From: Eledone cirrhosa
Taxonomy: Eukaryota
Direction: 5' to 3'
Assembly (NCBI GenBank): GCA_964016885.1
Contig: OZ024741.1
Coordinates: 202,802,001 to 202,866,000, forward strand
Length of the DNA: 64,000 nucleotides
Made by a program: the position numbers and the translations under genes. Under the pieces are notes generated by a model. The model worked only from the letters and a program-made list of their open reading frames with translations. It had not been told where the DNA came from and did no database searches. Of this stretch, positions 1 through 15,104 are shown in pieces; the first letter of the stretch is position 1; each line of letters opens with the position of its first letter.

Positions 1-364
1 ATGTTGTCATTTCAGGTACGCGTGTTTCATTGGGTACCTCTTTCTGATATTTCCGAAGCAGGCCCAAATGCATTAGTTTTTTGTTGGCACCATACCCTAT
101 AAATACATTATATACACAATGATGGTGTCCAATGCAAGGGAAAGGGCCGATATAGCTTGACGCTTGTGACGTCTATGGCATTACCGTTAGAGAAGAAAGA
201 GTCAGTATATATATATATATATATACAGTATATATATTATATATATATATATATGTATAAATATTTCGTATCTCCAAAGAAATACGGTTTTAGGAAGCCG
301 TAGCTATGCAAACACCGAGGGGCTAACGCCCTCTGGTGATGTCCAGCAGAAGCAAGGGGGACAT

Positions 365-406
365 CCGTCTATGCATTTCAGGCTTAACTGGCCTTCATCA
401 GGACGG
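365..406 (-). ncRNA. Minimal type I hammerhead ribozyme
   Basis: Minus strand reads CCGTC-CTGATGA-AGGC cagttaa GCCT-GAA-ATGCAT-A-GACGG: 5-bp stem I, intact core, 4-bp stem II, palindromic stem III, AUA cleavage triplet. Confidence 0.85.
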
Positions 407-515
407 TCCCTCCCACCGCTTGCGACTGCTGGACTAGAAGACAGGCAAGAATATATACTTTTCTCGTCGCCTGTCTTCTAGTCCAGCAGTCGCCATCGGT
501 GGGGGGTGGGGGGGA

Positions 516-557
516 CCATCCTGACGAAGGCCAGTTAAGCCTGAAATGCATAGACGG
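516..557 (+). ncRNA. Minimal type I hammerhead ribozyme (second arm)
   Basis: CCATC-CTGACGA-AGGC..GCCT-GAA-ATGCAT-A-GACGG; one stem I mismatch relative to the other arm. Confidence 0.75.
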
Positions 558-737
558 TTGTCTCCCTTGCTTCTGCTGGACATCACCAGAGGGCGTTAGC
601 CCCCCCCCCGGTGTTTGCATAGCTACGGCTTCCTAAAACCGTATTTCTTTGGAGATACGAAATATTTATACATATTGTATAAAGCTTTGCTTGAAGCGAA
701 ATCCTATTTCTTTTTATATATATATATATATCACAAA

Positions 738-1105
738 GGTGTGTGGCGTAGTGGTTAAGGTGCTGAACTATATATATATATATAGTTGTATCGAGTGCTC
801 AAACGGCCTACCGCATATATATATCTATGTATATACACCGACAAAGCGGAGCGTTGTGTTATGGTGCAAGACACATTATCTTCCGTTGCTTCAGTCTACC
901 TAGTTAGCAAAAATCATTGTATCACACTGAATCTCCCTGAGAACTACGTTAAAGGTACATATATCTATTGAGTGCTCAGCCACTTACACATTAATTTTGC
1001 GAGAAGGTGGTTCCATTGTTCAAACACCTGGAGCACTCATCGTCGGAAACGATGGATGTTCAGCAACGACAACGACGATGACAACAACAGCAACAACAAC
1101 ACACA
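738..1105 (+). mobile_element. tRNA-derived SINE family B (CORE-like central block, CAA-rich tail), degraded and interrupted
   Basis: A-box-like TGGCGTAGTGGTT; body (CTGAATCTCCCTGAGAACTACGTTAA..GCTCAGCCACTT) recurs at ~7155-7400, 7690-7920, 9400-9720, 12900-13370(-), 16350-16780, 20490-21000(-), 27050-27330(-). Confidence 0.65.
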
Positions 1106-1675
1106 CAGTTTTCATCCGTGGGAACTTTCCATACACCAGCTCACCTAGAGCATCTGTTTCAAGATTCGCTGATCATTCATTTATAAAGTTGCATCCCCCA
1201 ATGTAAACGGTGCATGTGTACCATTGTTGCCTCAATACTCAAAATGTCGGGTCCCTCAACATCTGCGTCTGGAGTCCTTGTGGGCTAGCTGACATTCAGA
1301 ATGTTTGAAATATATCTGATGAAAGGGTTCAAAAACTTTTGTCTGATCTTTATAGAAGACCTATGTTTTACATGAGTAAAGAAGGGAGGCCAGTACTCGT
1401 AAAGGGCGCAGTAATTTTCATTTACACATACATACATGATGGCTGCTCCCTCGTTATCGAGTATGGCCATTGCACGATATGCCATTATTAATAATTATCA
1501 ATTAATTCTATCATGCAATGCCTGTGCGTGAAAATATTTTTTAAAGTGAGGAAAGACTGTGCACTGAGCCAATCCCACTCTCCGAGCGACAGTAGCTATA
1601 ACCCGAAAAGAAGAAAAGATCAACATCATCGGTAACTACTGAGCCACAGGTTTTATATTGGAGTTATCCCAGTTT

Positions 1676-2058
1676 CTGAGTTGCCTTCTCCTAGAAGAAT
1701 GCCCTGAGAAAGGCTAGGGGCCCTTCACTCCCAGTGATTTAACTGCGCGATCGGGTGTCCAGCTCGACTATTTCTATGTCCCCGCGCATATACATACACA
1801 CGCACCCATGTATATACACATATACATACATATGTACATGTGTATATACATATTTACACACTTTTGGATGACCGTTGACTCTTAAGAGTTCTTCCGCCCT
1901 TTGTCAGGTTTTGTTTTTGTTGGGTCACTCTTGAGTGCTACTGGTAACATGTAACCCAGTACAACCTGTCGCATGATTGGGTCGTCGGCGACTAAACCGG
2001 CAACCTCACCAAATTTACTTGGTGAGGAGGGTGATTTTGGACACTCTGCAGGACAAAA
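1676..2058. mobile_element. Structured repeat, probably a LINE (RTE-like) 5' leader, with internal inversion
   Basis: 1922-2058 matches 18715-18850 directly, while 1862-1918 and 1676-1723 match the next segments of that copy in reverse complement. The RTE assignment is inference. Confidence 0.5.
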
Positions 2059-2325
2059 CATACATACATACATACATACATACATACATACATACATACA
2101 TACATACATACATACAGAAACAGATAAATAGACAGATAGAATAGATTGACAGTCAGATAGACAAATAGGTGGGTAGGTAGCTAGATAGATAGAATAAGTA
2201 GATAGACAGAAAGATAGATAGGCAGGTAGGTAGTTAGACCGATAGGTAGGTCACTAGATAGATAAATAGATAGATAAGAAGGTAGACAGACAGGTGGATA
2301 GGTAGCTGGATAGATAAATAGATAA

Positions 2326-3521
<1,196 letters not shown>

Positions 3522-3979
3522 TATATATATATATATATATATATAGGTAATAGATAGATAAGTAAATAGATAGATAGAGAGAGAGCGAGAGAGAGAGAGA
3601 AATAGATAGATATATAGACAGATAAATAGATATATAAATAGGTAGATATGTTGAAAAGCAACGCTCTGTCTATAACCCGAACATGTAATTTGAAGGCCGC
3701 ATGTGTTTATATTTATATTTTGTTCAGTATAATCAAGTCACCATTAATTCTGTCAACAGCTCTGATGTTCTATGCTTTTGACCTTGGCACACGTATGTTA
3801 CACAGAATGTCAGGCGCGACATTCTTTCTATATTGAAATTATAAATACCATATGTACAGCCGTAATGATATCAACCTCTAACCACATGTCTGTAGTAACA
3901 CACACACCATATGACTCGACTGTGTTAAGTTGAGAAGATTTAGCCAGTCGTAAGGTAATATCCGTAGCCAGAACAACAC

Positions 3980-4099
<120 letters not shown>

Positions 4100-4746
4100 A
4101 CACTAACATACACATGTCTGGCACATGTCCGCATTACTATAGCCGTTGTCTGTTTTGTAAAGCTTGTTATTATTTTTGTTATTGTTTTTGTTATTGTCGT
4201 TGCTATTGTTATTGTTAATGTTGTTTTTTTCTTGTCAGTTTGTCCGTTTCGTGTAGTTCCAAACACTGAAAACATTTCATCTTCATTAAAACGAGAAAAT
4301 TGCCTCCTTAATTTGTTTACAAATAAAACTGGATATCATAATAGTTTCTAATTCAGGGACATGGCAAGCAATTTGGGGGGGGGGGGGGGGGGGGGGCACT
4401 ACTTGACTGGTACTCTATTTTATCGATCCCGAAATTATGATAAACAAATTTGATCATCGTAAGATTTGAACTCAGATCGTAAAGGGCCGTACTTCAATGC
4501 TACAAAAAATTTTGTACGACGCTCTAACGATTCTACCAAACTATCATAATGCCAATATTAATGGCTATTTAAGTGCATGCGCACTGAAACATCCATGCAT
4601 GGCGGGCGTAGCTGCCACAGTGCTTCTTTGTGGCTGTGTGTATTTGTGCGTATATATGCCTTTCATACACAGACATATGTATATATATATGCACACATAT
4701 ATATGTTTGTGCGTATGTGTGTTTGTGAAAGTGTAAATTATTACTA

Positions 4747-4941
4747 GGGCGGTGGATTGGCAGTATCGGTAGAGTGTCGGACGCCATGCTTTGTAGCATA
4801 GAGTTATGGTCCTTTACGTTCTGAGTTCAAATCCTGTCGACGTTAATTTTACCTTTCATCCTTGCGGGGTAGATAAAATATAGTACCAGTAATGCACTGG
4901 GGTAATTGCTGGCCTTGTGCCAAAAGTAGAAACAATTATTA
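4747..4941 (+). mobile_element. tRNA-derived SINE family A (Meta-domain-like core, ATT tail), full length
   Basis: A box TGGCAGTATCGG, B box GAGTTCAAATCC, core CCTTTCATCCTTGCGGGGTAGATAAAAT..GTACCAG, tail GGCCTTGTGCCAAAAGTAGAAACAATTATT. Possible TSD AATTATTAC at 4736 and 4934. Confidence 0.85.
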
Positions 4942-5306
4942 CAGATGGATACACTTTGCCTATACACCTATTCCTTTATTTGTTTCATTCATTAGACTGT
5001 GGCCACGCTGGGGCTACAGCCATGAGTTAGCCGATATCATATCGACTTACCGTGTTAAGTCTAGCACAATTGTATCCATCTTTTTTGTCGATCCGCTCAG
5101 TTCAGTGACATACGAGGGTAGCCTGAAAAATTCATTGGCTGGCTATGAAGGAGTGATGCTAGGGTTGTGAAATCTTAATTGCATTAATTTCAACTCATTA
5201 ATAACTGCATTGTTTCTTTCCAGGGACAATGTTAAAAATTAAACGTCATTTGGTAATTCCATGAGAGCATCTTGGTCAGCTTATGACCTTTTCATCCAAC
5301 CCTCGT

Positions 5307-5364
<58 letters not shown>

Positions 5365-5423
5365 GCACACACACACATACACACACACACACATACACGC
5401 ACACACATTCACACACATAAGCG

Positions 5424-5571
5424 ATAGGCTTCAATAATTTTCGTCTACTAAATTCACCTCACAAGTCATTTTCTTCTACTATAGTAGAAGAAATTTGGAC
5501 AAGGTGCCGCAGAGCGGAATTGAACGCAAAACAACGTGGTTGCGAAGGGAACTCGTTGATTACACAACCAT
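5424..5571 (-). mobile_element. tRNA-derived SINE family C fragment
   Basis: B-box-like GTTCAATTCC followed by GCGGCACCTTG..CTTCTACTATAG on the minus strand. Related pieces at ~16213-16345 and 18545-18620. Confidence 0.5.
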
Positions 5572-5649
5572 ATAACTGAAATTATTTGAAACTTGATAAC
5601 ATATTGCACGTGATACCCTGTATATCACCTGAGCTAACTAATTCTCTAT

Positions 5650-5910
5650 ATAATGTGTGTGTACGTGTGTGAGTTTGTGAGTGTGTGTGTGAATATATAT
5701 ATGTGTGTGATTATTATTATACACACACATATATATATATATATATACATACATATATAATATGTATATACATGTGCACATATATATATATATATGCATA
5801 TATATATATAAATATATATATATATATTTATATATATATATATATATCTTTTATTTATAGATATATAGATATAGATGTGTGTATATATATATGCACATAT
5901 ATGTATGTAT

Positions 5911-5943
<33 letters not shown>

Positions 5944-6187
5944 CATATATATATATATACATATATATACACACATGCACACGTATATTTATATATATTA
6001 ATACACACATTTTTATATATATATACATACACAAATATATATATAATAATATATATACTTACATGTATTATGTATAATATTTATATGCACATGTGTATAT
6101 ATATGGCAAATCTAAGTAATTCAACTCATCAAATATATTGTTGCTGACACTACTTTAATTTCATACTAATTATTTCCTATGAACTGT

Positions 6188-6247
<60 letters not shown>

Positions 6248-6434
6248 GATACATATATATACACACGGTACATAAAGTATATTTAATAAGTATATATAAT
6301 ACGTAATAGTATTATAATTAGTAATTAAGTATAATATTTTAAGTATTCCTGGGCTATATACAATAAGCCAGTGATATATATATATATATATAATATATAT
6401 ATAATACATACACACATATACATACATACATACA

Positions 6435-6468
<34 letters not shown>

Positions 6469-6527
6469 TGTATGTATGTATGTATATGTGTGTATGTATT
6501 ATATATATATATATCACTGGCTTATTG

Positions 6528-6564
<37 letters not shown>

Positions 6565-6660
6565 GTATACATATATATATATATTACACATACACACACA
6601 CACATATATATATATATTACATACACACACATGTATGTATATGCACATGTGTGTGTGTGA
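5650..6660. repeat. Compound TA/CA microsatellite region containing a ~180-bp palindrome (6355-6533)
   Basis: Direct inspection; CAATAAGCCAGTGATATA at 6361 versus TATCACTGGCTTATTG at 6512. Confidence 0.85.
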
Positions 6661-8555
6661 TAAGTGTTATTTCAAAGTGAAATGATACTATGTTGATGCG
6701 TAGTGTATATTTTAGAGATAATATCCTGATTTAATTCATATAACATCAACTAAGATTACATTACCTCTGCTGCTCCTGCTGTTCCTTTAAACGTCTCAGA
6801 TTATTAAAGAAAATGTCTGATACGGCGACTTCAAGTCTACAACACTCAAGCAATAGAATATCACACCTCGAAAGTTTGAAGTGAAAGGCGTCCGATTAAA
6901 ATGCTCCGATATTTGTTCCGGGTCTCTGCGCCCTAAGTTTAAACCCACCGAGATCAACTCTTTTAGCCTTTCGAACCCAGCCAAGTCCTGGGATCGATGT
7001 TTCCCCCTACCAGTATTTATGATCTTCTCCTCTGCCCTCCTACCCATTTTGTAGGACAAAGATCCTAAATCTTGAGTTCAGGGTCAAGAAAGTGAATTTT
7101 ATTGAGACACTTGCAAAGAAACGGTTCCACAGTTTTACTGCCTTGCCAGTGAGAAGGCGCTTTAGTGGTTAGGGTGTTCGGCACATGAATGATCACAAAG
7201 TCGTGAGTTCACATCCCGACGATGTGTTGTGACCTTGAGCAAGACACTTTATTTTGCTTTGCTTCCGTCCACACTGCTAAAACTTGTACCTCTAAATTAA
7301 AAGTTGGCCTTGACACATACTGTGTCAAGCTGAATCTCTAAGGGAACAACGATAACACGTGTCAGTACAGTAGAATATTCAGGCATTTACAGGCTAGTGA
7401 AGGTGTGTGGATTAGTAGTTACGGTATTCAGCTCAACGGTCATAAATTCAATTTTTTGGGGGTGGTGGTGGGGTGGGGGTGTGGGCATTGTGTCCTTAAA
7501 TAAGACAAAGGCACTCAGTTGGCAAAAGTGAAAAAAACTGAGTTGTACCTGTAATTCAAAGCCATACCACAAACTATCACACGTATATACATTAGTTTGT
7601 TTATTTTGACATAAATTTGGGTAAGGTTTACATTCATTGTCAATATATTTGGCGTCAAGTTTCAGAGAGCCATTAAACTAGATCGTATACAGTCCGGTGG
7701 TCGGGGTCGTGAGTTCAATTCTTGACGGCGTGTTGTGTTCTTCAGCAAAACATTTTATTTCATGTGGCTCCAGTCCATTCAGTTGGCAAAAAATGCATTG
7801 TACCTGCTGTTCACAGTTCTAATCTTGTCATACATTGTATCATGCTGAATTTCCATGAGAATTACGTTAAGGGTACACGTGTCTGTGGAATGCTCAGCCA
7901 CTTTCACGTTAATCTAACATCTGGGACACTCATTTTTTCTCTTGAAATCCCAGTTTATTCAATTCCTCCCCAATTGTCATGTAGTAAATTTTTTCACTCC
8001 AGTACCATATTGTCACGAGCAAGCTATTGAAACACTCGTAATTGTATAATCCCAAATTTGATTATGTCTGAAGCAGCCATTTTTTGTGAACCTTCAATTT
8101 GCGATCGCCGGTCTAGATGGGTATGCTGCTATTTCATTTGTTATATGTATATAAATTCAATGTACACAATATATGGGTATATTGGTATTTTATTTGATAT
8201 ACACACAATGTACACTATAGTTGGATATATTGGATATGTACACAATGTAAACTATAGTTGGGTGTATTGGTACTTCATTTGATATATAGACAATGTAGGC
8301 TATAGTTGGGGACATTAGTATTTTTTATATATATATATATATATGTATATATGTACAATGAAGGGAGGTACATTGGTACTAACATTCAGGTACACTGGTA
8401 CTAACAAATAACGCACATACTCAGCCATCATATACACAGACACCCACACATACACATATATGCACACACCCTGCCATAATGGCATCGCGGTTAGCGTTGG
8501 TTTAAGGTCACTTCTTCGCGTGTATAATAGGGCAATTAACAGATATGGTTATGGT

Positions 8556-8587
<32 letters not shown>

Positions 8588-8600
8588 TACATATATGTAC

Positions 8601-8732
<132 letters not shown>

Positions 8733-9924
8733 ATTACATGTATGTATATTATACTTTGCGCATATATATGTTATATACTGTATCTGTGTTGTATCTATAT
8801 ACACAGATAAGTAGTTAGTAAATGCAAAAAGAAATAAAAAACGGAATTAATACTCATTTGTTTATACACACAGGAAATATATTAAATTTATTGGTAAATC
8901 TAGTTTTATTGTCTGCGTGTTAACGGAAATTCAGTCTCTTTAATTGCGGAAGTGTAGCATTCTGCATCCTATAAATGACAACTAGAGGCTCACATTGGTA
9001 ATTCCATCACATCAGCTTCTTTCCAGCAACTAATAGCTGTGGGTTGGTAAAAGCTGTAAATTATCAATTTGAATTTCTTTACTAACGAATTTTACTGTAT
9101 TTTAGTTCATAGATGTTTTCGCATTTCGAAGATATTTCTCTACGTGAAATATACAGAAAACTTCAGAGGAACAATCCTTTTAAAAGCACTAACACATGTT
9201 CAATATCACGTTTCATGTTACATGATCAATGCCAATTGTTCCACGTCACATGATCAACATCACATAATCATCAATATAAAAATTCCGTTTTAATGTTACA
9301 TGACCAATGCCACGTGATCAATACCACATTTACAATGAATTCAATCAAATACCGATATTTGTTATCATTGAGAAGATGGAAACTGTTTGGAAACTCAACG
9401 GATGGACTGTACTTGTGATTAAAACAACCAGCCATGTTAGACACTGTGACACGCTAAATCTCCTTGAGAAGTACGTTAACGGTACACGTGCCTGTGGAAT
9501 ATTTATCCACCCACTCTCTCATACAAGATGGACTGTACCTCTAATTTAAAGAGCCAGCTTTGTCACACACTGCATCACGTTAATTCTCGCTAAAAATTAT
9601 GTTAAGAGTGCAGGCGCCTGTGGAATGCTCAGTCACTTACACGTTAATTTAAAGAGCAGGCTATTCCGTTGATCCAACAACTGAAAAACTCATCGTCGAA
9701 ACCGACGGGGGTCTATTCCATTCCATTTTACATGTTTATCTCATTACCTGGTCCTTCCAAATATTGTCCTTGGCATTTATATCCCAACCTAGTGTTTATA
9801 TCTACAACAGTCTGTCTTTATCAGATAAGTTACGGGGAATGGAAAATTCCGATTTTAAATCAACATCCACTAGCTGATCATGTAGAAAATCCCTGGCTTA
9901 ATTAGAAGCAACTACCAAATGATA

Positions 9925-10058
<134 letters not shown>

Positions 10059-10070
10059 CATATATATATG

Positions 10071-10290
10071 TATGTAAAAGGTAAACAGAAATAACAACAC
10101 AATCGGTACACTATATGGAAGGTATATATTAGGTTAACACTTGATATAGCAAGAAGAGGGTCTTAACGTTTCGGACACTAGTCCTTCATCAGAAGAAAGA
10201 ATGAGAAATAAGATAGATTGAGGGGACGGGCGAGATGGAATTGGAAAAAATGTCTTTAGATAAAAATAACGGGTCCATTCATGTTGACAT
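10071..10290 (-). mobile_element. Hammerhead-bearing PLE pLTR-like repeat (ribozyme 10161-10196)
   Basis: Minus strand TCTT-CTGATGA-A-GGAC tagt GTCC-GAA-ACGT-T-AAGA; homologous to 62351-62573(+). Confidence 0.75.
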
Positions 10291-10516
10291 CTCTTGCAAA
10301 ACTGTTGGTGCTGGCGTTTTGTGTATAATTTGTTTTTTAGAAAAGTGGATGATGGCGCGCGTCTACCTGAAATGGAAAAAAAAAACGTTTTGTAAAAAGA
10401 GCTATACTTGAGCACGTGCGTAAGCATGAGTTTGTGTGTCTGTGTGTGTGCATGTAAGTAGGAAGCTGTGAGCAAAAGTATGTTAATATAAGGGTGTGTA
10501 TCGGCATATATATATG

Positions 10517-10561
<45 letters not shown>

Positions 10562-10562
<1 letters not shown>

Positions 10563-10614
10563 TAGCAGAGGTACCCGGCGTTGCTGGGTATTAAATAGCA
10601 GTTATGTATACCAT
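10562..10614 (-). mobile_element. Helitron-type 3' terminus (hairpin + CTAG)
   Basis: Minus strand CCC(A)GCAACGCCGGGTACCTCTGCTAG|T, near-identical to 25008-25061(+). A possible 5' end TCTATATATATAAAAAGG lies at ~12163(-). Confidence 0.65.
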
Positions 10615-12211
10615 ATATGTCAATACTTCAGTGCTGCTTCGAAAACTATACTTTTACTAAATCATCGGCTTTTTCCAAAAGAGGGTTCCTGCCCCCAGGG
10701 ATCCCCTACTCAATATGTGCCAATTCTGAAAGTTCACATTCATCTGTAGAACAAACGTAGCCCCTGTGTCAAGTTTTGTGAAAATCGGTTGCGAACTCCA
10801 GAAGCTATGACGTTTTGTTGCATTGCACTGCAGTGCTTCAGTCGACTCCAAGGAAGTGGTCAAAGGGGGTTATCTGCCGGGAGGCCCTATAATCAATATC
10901 TAGAAAAATGAAAGTGCCCATGACCATCCGGAGTACATAAGTAACCTATGTCTTAAGTTTGGTGAAAATACTGTGGAAATGCATAAGGTTTACACATACA
11001 AACGCGCGCTCGTGCGCGGGCGTGTGTGTATGTATTTGTGTGTGCCTATGTATATCTATGTGTATGTCCGTCGGTGCATACGTATGTACTGGCCTAAATC
11101 TTCACTATTTACTTTTACTATTTTAAGGCAAAGTTAAAATCCCGTCGAGGTTAACTTTGCCTTTCATCCTTACGGGGTCGATAAAATAAAGTACCAGTAA
11201 TGTACTGGATAATTGCTGGCCTTGTGCCAAAAGTAGAAACAACTATTTTAATAACCTCTGTCATTTTCGTTCACAATTTTATTTACATCATGCTTAAACT
11301 TCGGGGCTGGAAATCATTCGGTTATTTTAAATAGAATATTAGTCTAACGGCTCCATTTACACCATAAACTTGGTCTTGTCTTTGCATGAAATTGTTATTC
11401 ATGGTCCACATAACGACGTATTATCCTCGCTTTTTTTTCGTTCATTACCAGGGAACGTCTTCACGAACCAAAATATCGTCTTTCTGTTTTCCTTCGGTTG
11501 CAACGTTTCTCGAAATATTTACTTCTGCGTTCACAGATTGAATTTTTTAGTTTCAGAAGATCCCGTTAATGTTGAAAGCAGCGATTCTTTGCTTAAACTT
11601 TCTTTCTTTCTCAACCCCTCTCCCTTTTTTCTCATACGCTCTCTCTCTCTTTCTCTCTCTCTCACTCATACCCCCATCTCTCTCTTCCTCTACAGAATGG
11701 ACAACAATAAAGAACGCGTAGATCTCTCTCTCTCTCTGTCTGTATATATGTGTTTGTGTGTGTGTGAACCAGCGTTCGTCTCGATTCTCTCTCTCTCTCT
11801 ATCTGATTATCTTGTACCTCTCTCTGTATAACGACCTATCTCACTTTCTCTCTCTACATCTCCCTTTCTCTCTTTAGATGTATATGTATATGTGTGTGTG
11901 ATATATATATATAGAGTTGCAACATGTATGTAGTTTCATAGATTTTTAGTAGTGAGAGGGATTAAGCGTGTAAGAGAGAGGGTTACAGCATGTATTTAGT
12001 TTTATTGATTTTTTTCATAGAAGCAAGTTTATTACGCATTGACCATCGTTGGTAAATTTGGAGCACATTGGAAAAAAAATCATCGAAATCGGTAGAAAAA
12101 TGTGGAAATGCATAAAAATCATACACATACACAGACAGACATCTTCCTTTTTATATATATAGATATATATATATATAGGTATGTATATGTATATATATAT
12201 ATATATATATA

Positions 12212-12465
12212 TAACCGATAAGGTATGATTTTCATGGGTATGTCTCTATTTATAAAACAAATTTTGTATTTTATCTGATGAAAGCGTACCAATGTTGTCT
12301 TGGTACCCTTGAAATATATATAATAAAATAAATATGGTTTTATAAATATAGTTTCCATTTATTTAATATCATTGAATATTTACTCCAGTAACTGTTGAGT
12401 GCTCTAAATCAGTTATAAACATTTATATTTGTCGGACTTCCAACAAATTAAATACCCCTTCAACT
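12212..12465 (+). mobile_element. Hammerhead-bearing PLE pLTR-like repeat in (TA)n
   Basis: Contains the ribozyme at 12267-12330. The downstream part recurs, rearranged as an inverted structure, at 37426-37614. Confidence 0.7.
12267..12330 (+). ncRNA. Type I hammerhead ribozyme
   Basis: TATTTTAT-CTGATGA-AAG(C)GTACCAA..TTGGTAC(C)CTT-GAA-ATATATAT-A-ATAAAATA. Confidence 0.85.
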
Positions 12466-12548
12466 TATATATATATAAATGTCGCACACAAACTCTTAGC
12501 ATTACCTTTCCATAAAGACTTGTTACGTTGTGAGATTAAATAAAACAT

Positions 12549-12587
<39 letters not shown>

Positions 12588-12660
12588 CACATACACTCTT
12601 ACCATCACATTTCCTGCGTAACCGACGTTTTACACGAAATATACAACAGTTTAATATAAT

Positions 12661-12841
12661 TGTTACTACTTTAGGCACAAAGCCAGCAATTACTCCAGTG
12701 TATTACTGGTGCTTTATTTTATCGACCCCGTAAGGATGAAAGGCAAAGTTAACCTCGGCGGGATTTGAACTCAGAACGTAAAGGGCCGTAACTCAATGCC
12801 ACTATGCACGTTGTCCGACGCTCTACCGATACTGCCAATCC
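12661..12841 (-). mobile_element. SINE family A with 18-bp target-site duplication
   Basis: ACAACAGTTTAATATAAT (12643-12660) and ACAACTGTTTAATATAAT (12842-12859) flank the SINE. Confidence 0.85.
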
Positions 12842-15104
12842 ACAACTGTTTAATATAATAGTTATACTTTATAATTATACACATTGTAATTTTCCGGTAG
12901 TTTGTGCCAACGAACTATCATCTGTGTGTTTGCTTCGGACTTCCGTCGGTTACCACGATAAGTGTTCCAGTTTTTCGAACAACGGGACAGCATGTTCTTG
13001 AAATTAAAATGCAAGTAGCTGAGTTCATCTTGTATTATAATGCAAGTGACTGAGCACTTAACAGGCACAGTGTGACTCGGTGTGTAACAAGGCTAGTCTT
13101 TTGAATTACAGTCCATCTTATATTATAGCGCAAATGGCTGAGCATTCCGTAGCTAAGTATACACTTAACGTAGTTTTCTGGGAAATGCAGTATAACACGG
13201 TGTTTAACAAAGCTGGCCCTTTGAAATACTCGTACAGCTGAGTGCATAGAAGCAACGTGAAATATAGAGTCTTGCCGAAGGATACAATCATCCACTCGGT
13301 CCGGGGTTCGAACCCAAGACGTTAAGATCGTGATCCAAACACCATAACCGCTAAGTCATTCTTCTTCACGGGCCATCACCTAAAACCATGTCTCGCTAAT
13401 TAGCTGGGCAATTCTGAGTATCTGTAGTTAAAAGACCTGATGCTCACCATCTGCAAAACATTGCTGCAGAAGTGTAATAAAGAGATCTTACATCAGCCAG
13501 ACATTTTATAAAGATTTAGTAGATAATAAATACGTCTAGAATTTATTAACTGATCTTATCTCAAAGCAATTAAGAAAAGGTATTAGAAATAAATAACGCG
13601 ATGGAGTGGCAGAGTCGTTAGAACGTCGGATAGAATGCTTTGTGGTATTTGTCCTGACTCTGTCTTTGCGTTCTGAGTTCAAGCTCCACTGAGATTATCT
13701 TTGCCGTTTATCCTTTTGAGATCGATAAATAAAGAACCAGTGAAGTACTGGGTTCGATTCTTCCTCTATATCTCTTTCTTTCTTTCTTTCTCTCTTTCTC
13801 TCACTCTCTTTCTCTCTGGAAGAAACCGTTTGTATTCAGACGTGGAGAGGGATGGACTCCGACAGGTTTAAATGCCCAAGAAATGTTATATGTCATGACG
13901 TAGTAAATGTATTAAAATAGCTTTTCATAAAAAGTGACCATGGGGTATTTGTTTAGAAAAAAACTAGAATTGATCTATTTACGACATTATTTTTGTTGAA
14001 GTTTTGTTGCTAAATATTTAAGACATTCTCAACAAGGAGTCAATGTCGGATGGGATGGTGTGAAACCAATTCAATTTCTGGGAGTTTGAATTCTCATCGT
14101 TGAGAACAAGTAAATATCCTGTTTGATTCTCTCTCTCTCTTGCTCTCTCATTTTATGCTTTTCTCTCTTTATATGTCCATCTCTCACTCTGTATCTATTA
14201 GTGTGATTGTGTATGTATGCATTTGTGTATGAACGTGTATATGTATATATATATTTGCGCGTGTGCTTGTATGTGTGAGTGCGTATGTGTTTATGAGTGT
14301 GTGTGTGTGTATATGTGTGTGACATATTATCTGAAAACTTGAGCTGATACGACGGAAATCACACAACTTTCGATGCTTCTGAGGAAGTCAACATATCAAC
14401 TGAAACTTCCTTCAGAGAAGGCAGGAAATTAAAGCATATTTTCTCATATTATTATATCTCTGCAAACGACAGGCTTAGAGGGCTTTCAGCTTTCAAAGTA
14501 ATCTTAGTTATTATTTTGAGGGGAGGGAAAAACAACTTTCTCGAAATGAATACTTAAAAATAAGATAGAAGAAGAAGACGAAGAAAAAGAGATCGGTGAA
14601 GAAGATAAATGAGTTCCATATGAGTTATCTCAAATTATAGAAATGCAGAATAAATGTAATGTATTGAGTTCTTCTCTCCTATGAAAAACAGGAAAATAAT
14701 TATGAATGAATAAAATTCGATGATTACAAATTAACTCTATTATTTCTGATTTTAATCTGAAACGGAATAAGTTGTAAAAGCTACCAAAATAATTATAGTC
14801 ATTTTTCTTTATATATCTACATATTTAAATAAAATCGTTGTGTGATTAAAGCCGTAGAGCTATTTCAACTATCTTTCTTTTCCCTGCTAAAATAACGTGG
14901 TAATAATTTTGACGCAAGACCTCAAATCTTTAGAGAAGAGTTGTAGTCAATTGAATTTATCCTGGTATATTGCTGGTATTGTATTATTAGCCCTGAACAA
15001 TGAAAGACGAATCGACTTCATTTAGATTTGAACTCACAATAAAGAGTCTACCAGGCAATTTATTGCAGCCTTTCGGAAGCTACCCCGTTTCAATATATAA
15101 ATAA

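Larger units (their letters stand above)
253..674. mobile_element. Fold-back (inverted-arm) non-coding element, PLE pseudo-LTR-like, with a hammerhead in each arm, next to (TA)n
   Basis: Left arm ~253-447 is the near-perfect reverse complement of ~469-674 (e.g. ATATTTCGTATCTCCAAAGAAATACGG / CCGTATTTCTTTGGAGATACGAAATAT). Confidence 0.75.

Noticed and set aside
4747-4840. tRNA gene
   Set aside because: The A/B boxes belong to a SINE head; no complete cloverleaf, and it continues into SINE core and tail.
14374-14423. Hammerhead-like CTGAGGA-AGT..ACT-GAAA
   Set aside because: No NUH triplet and poor stem III; at best a dead relic.
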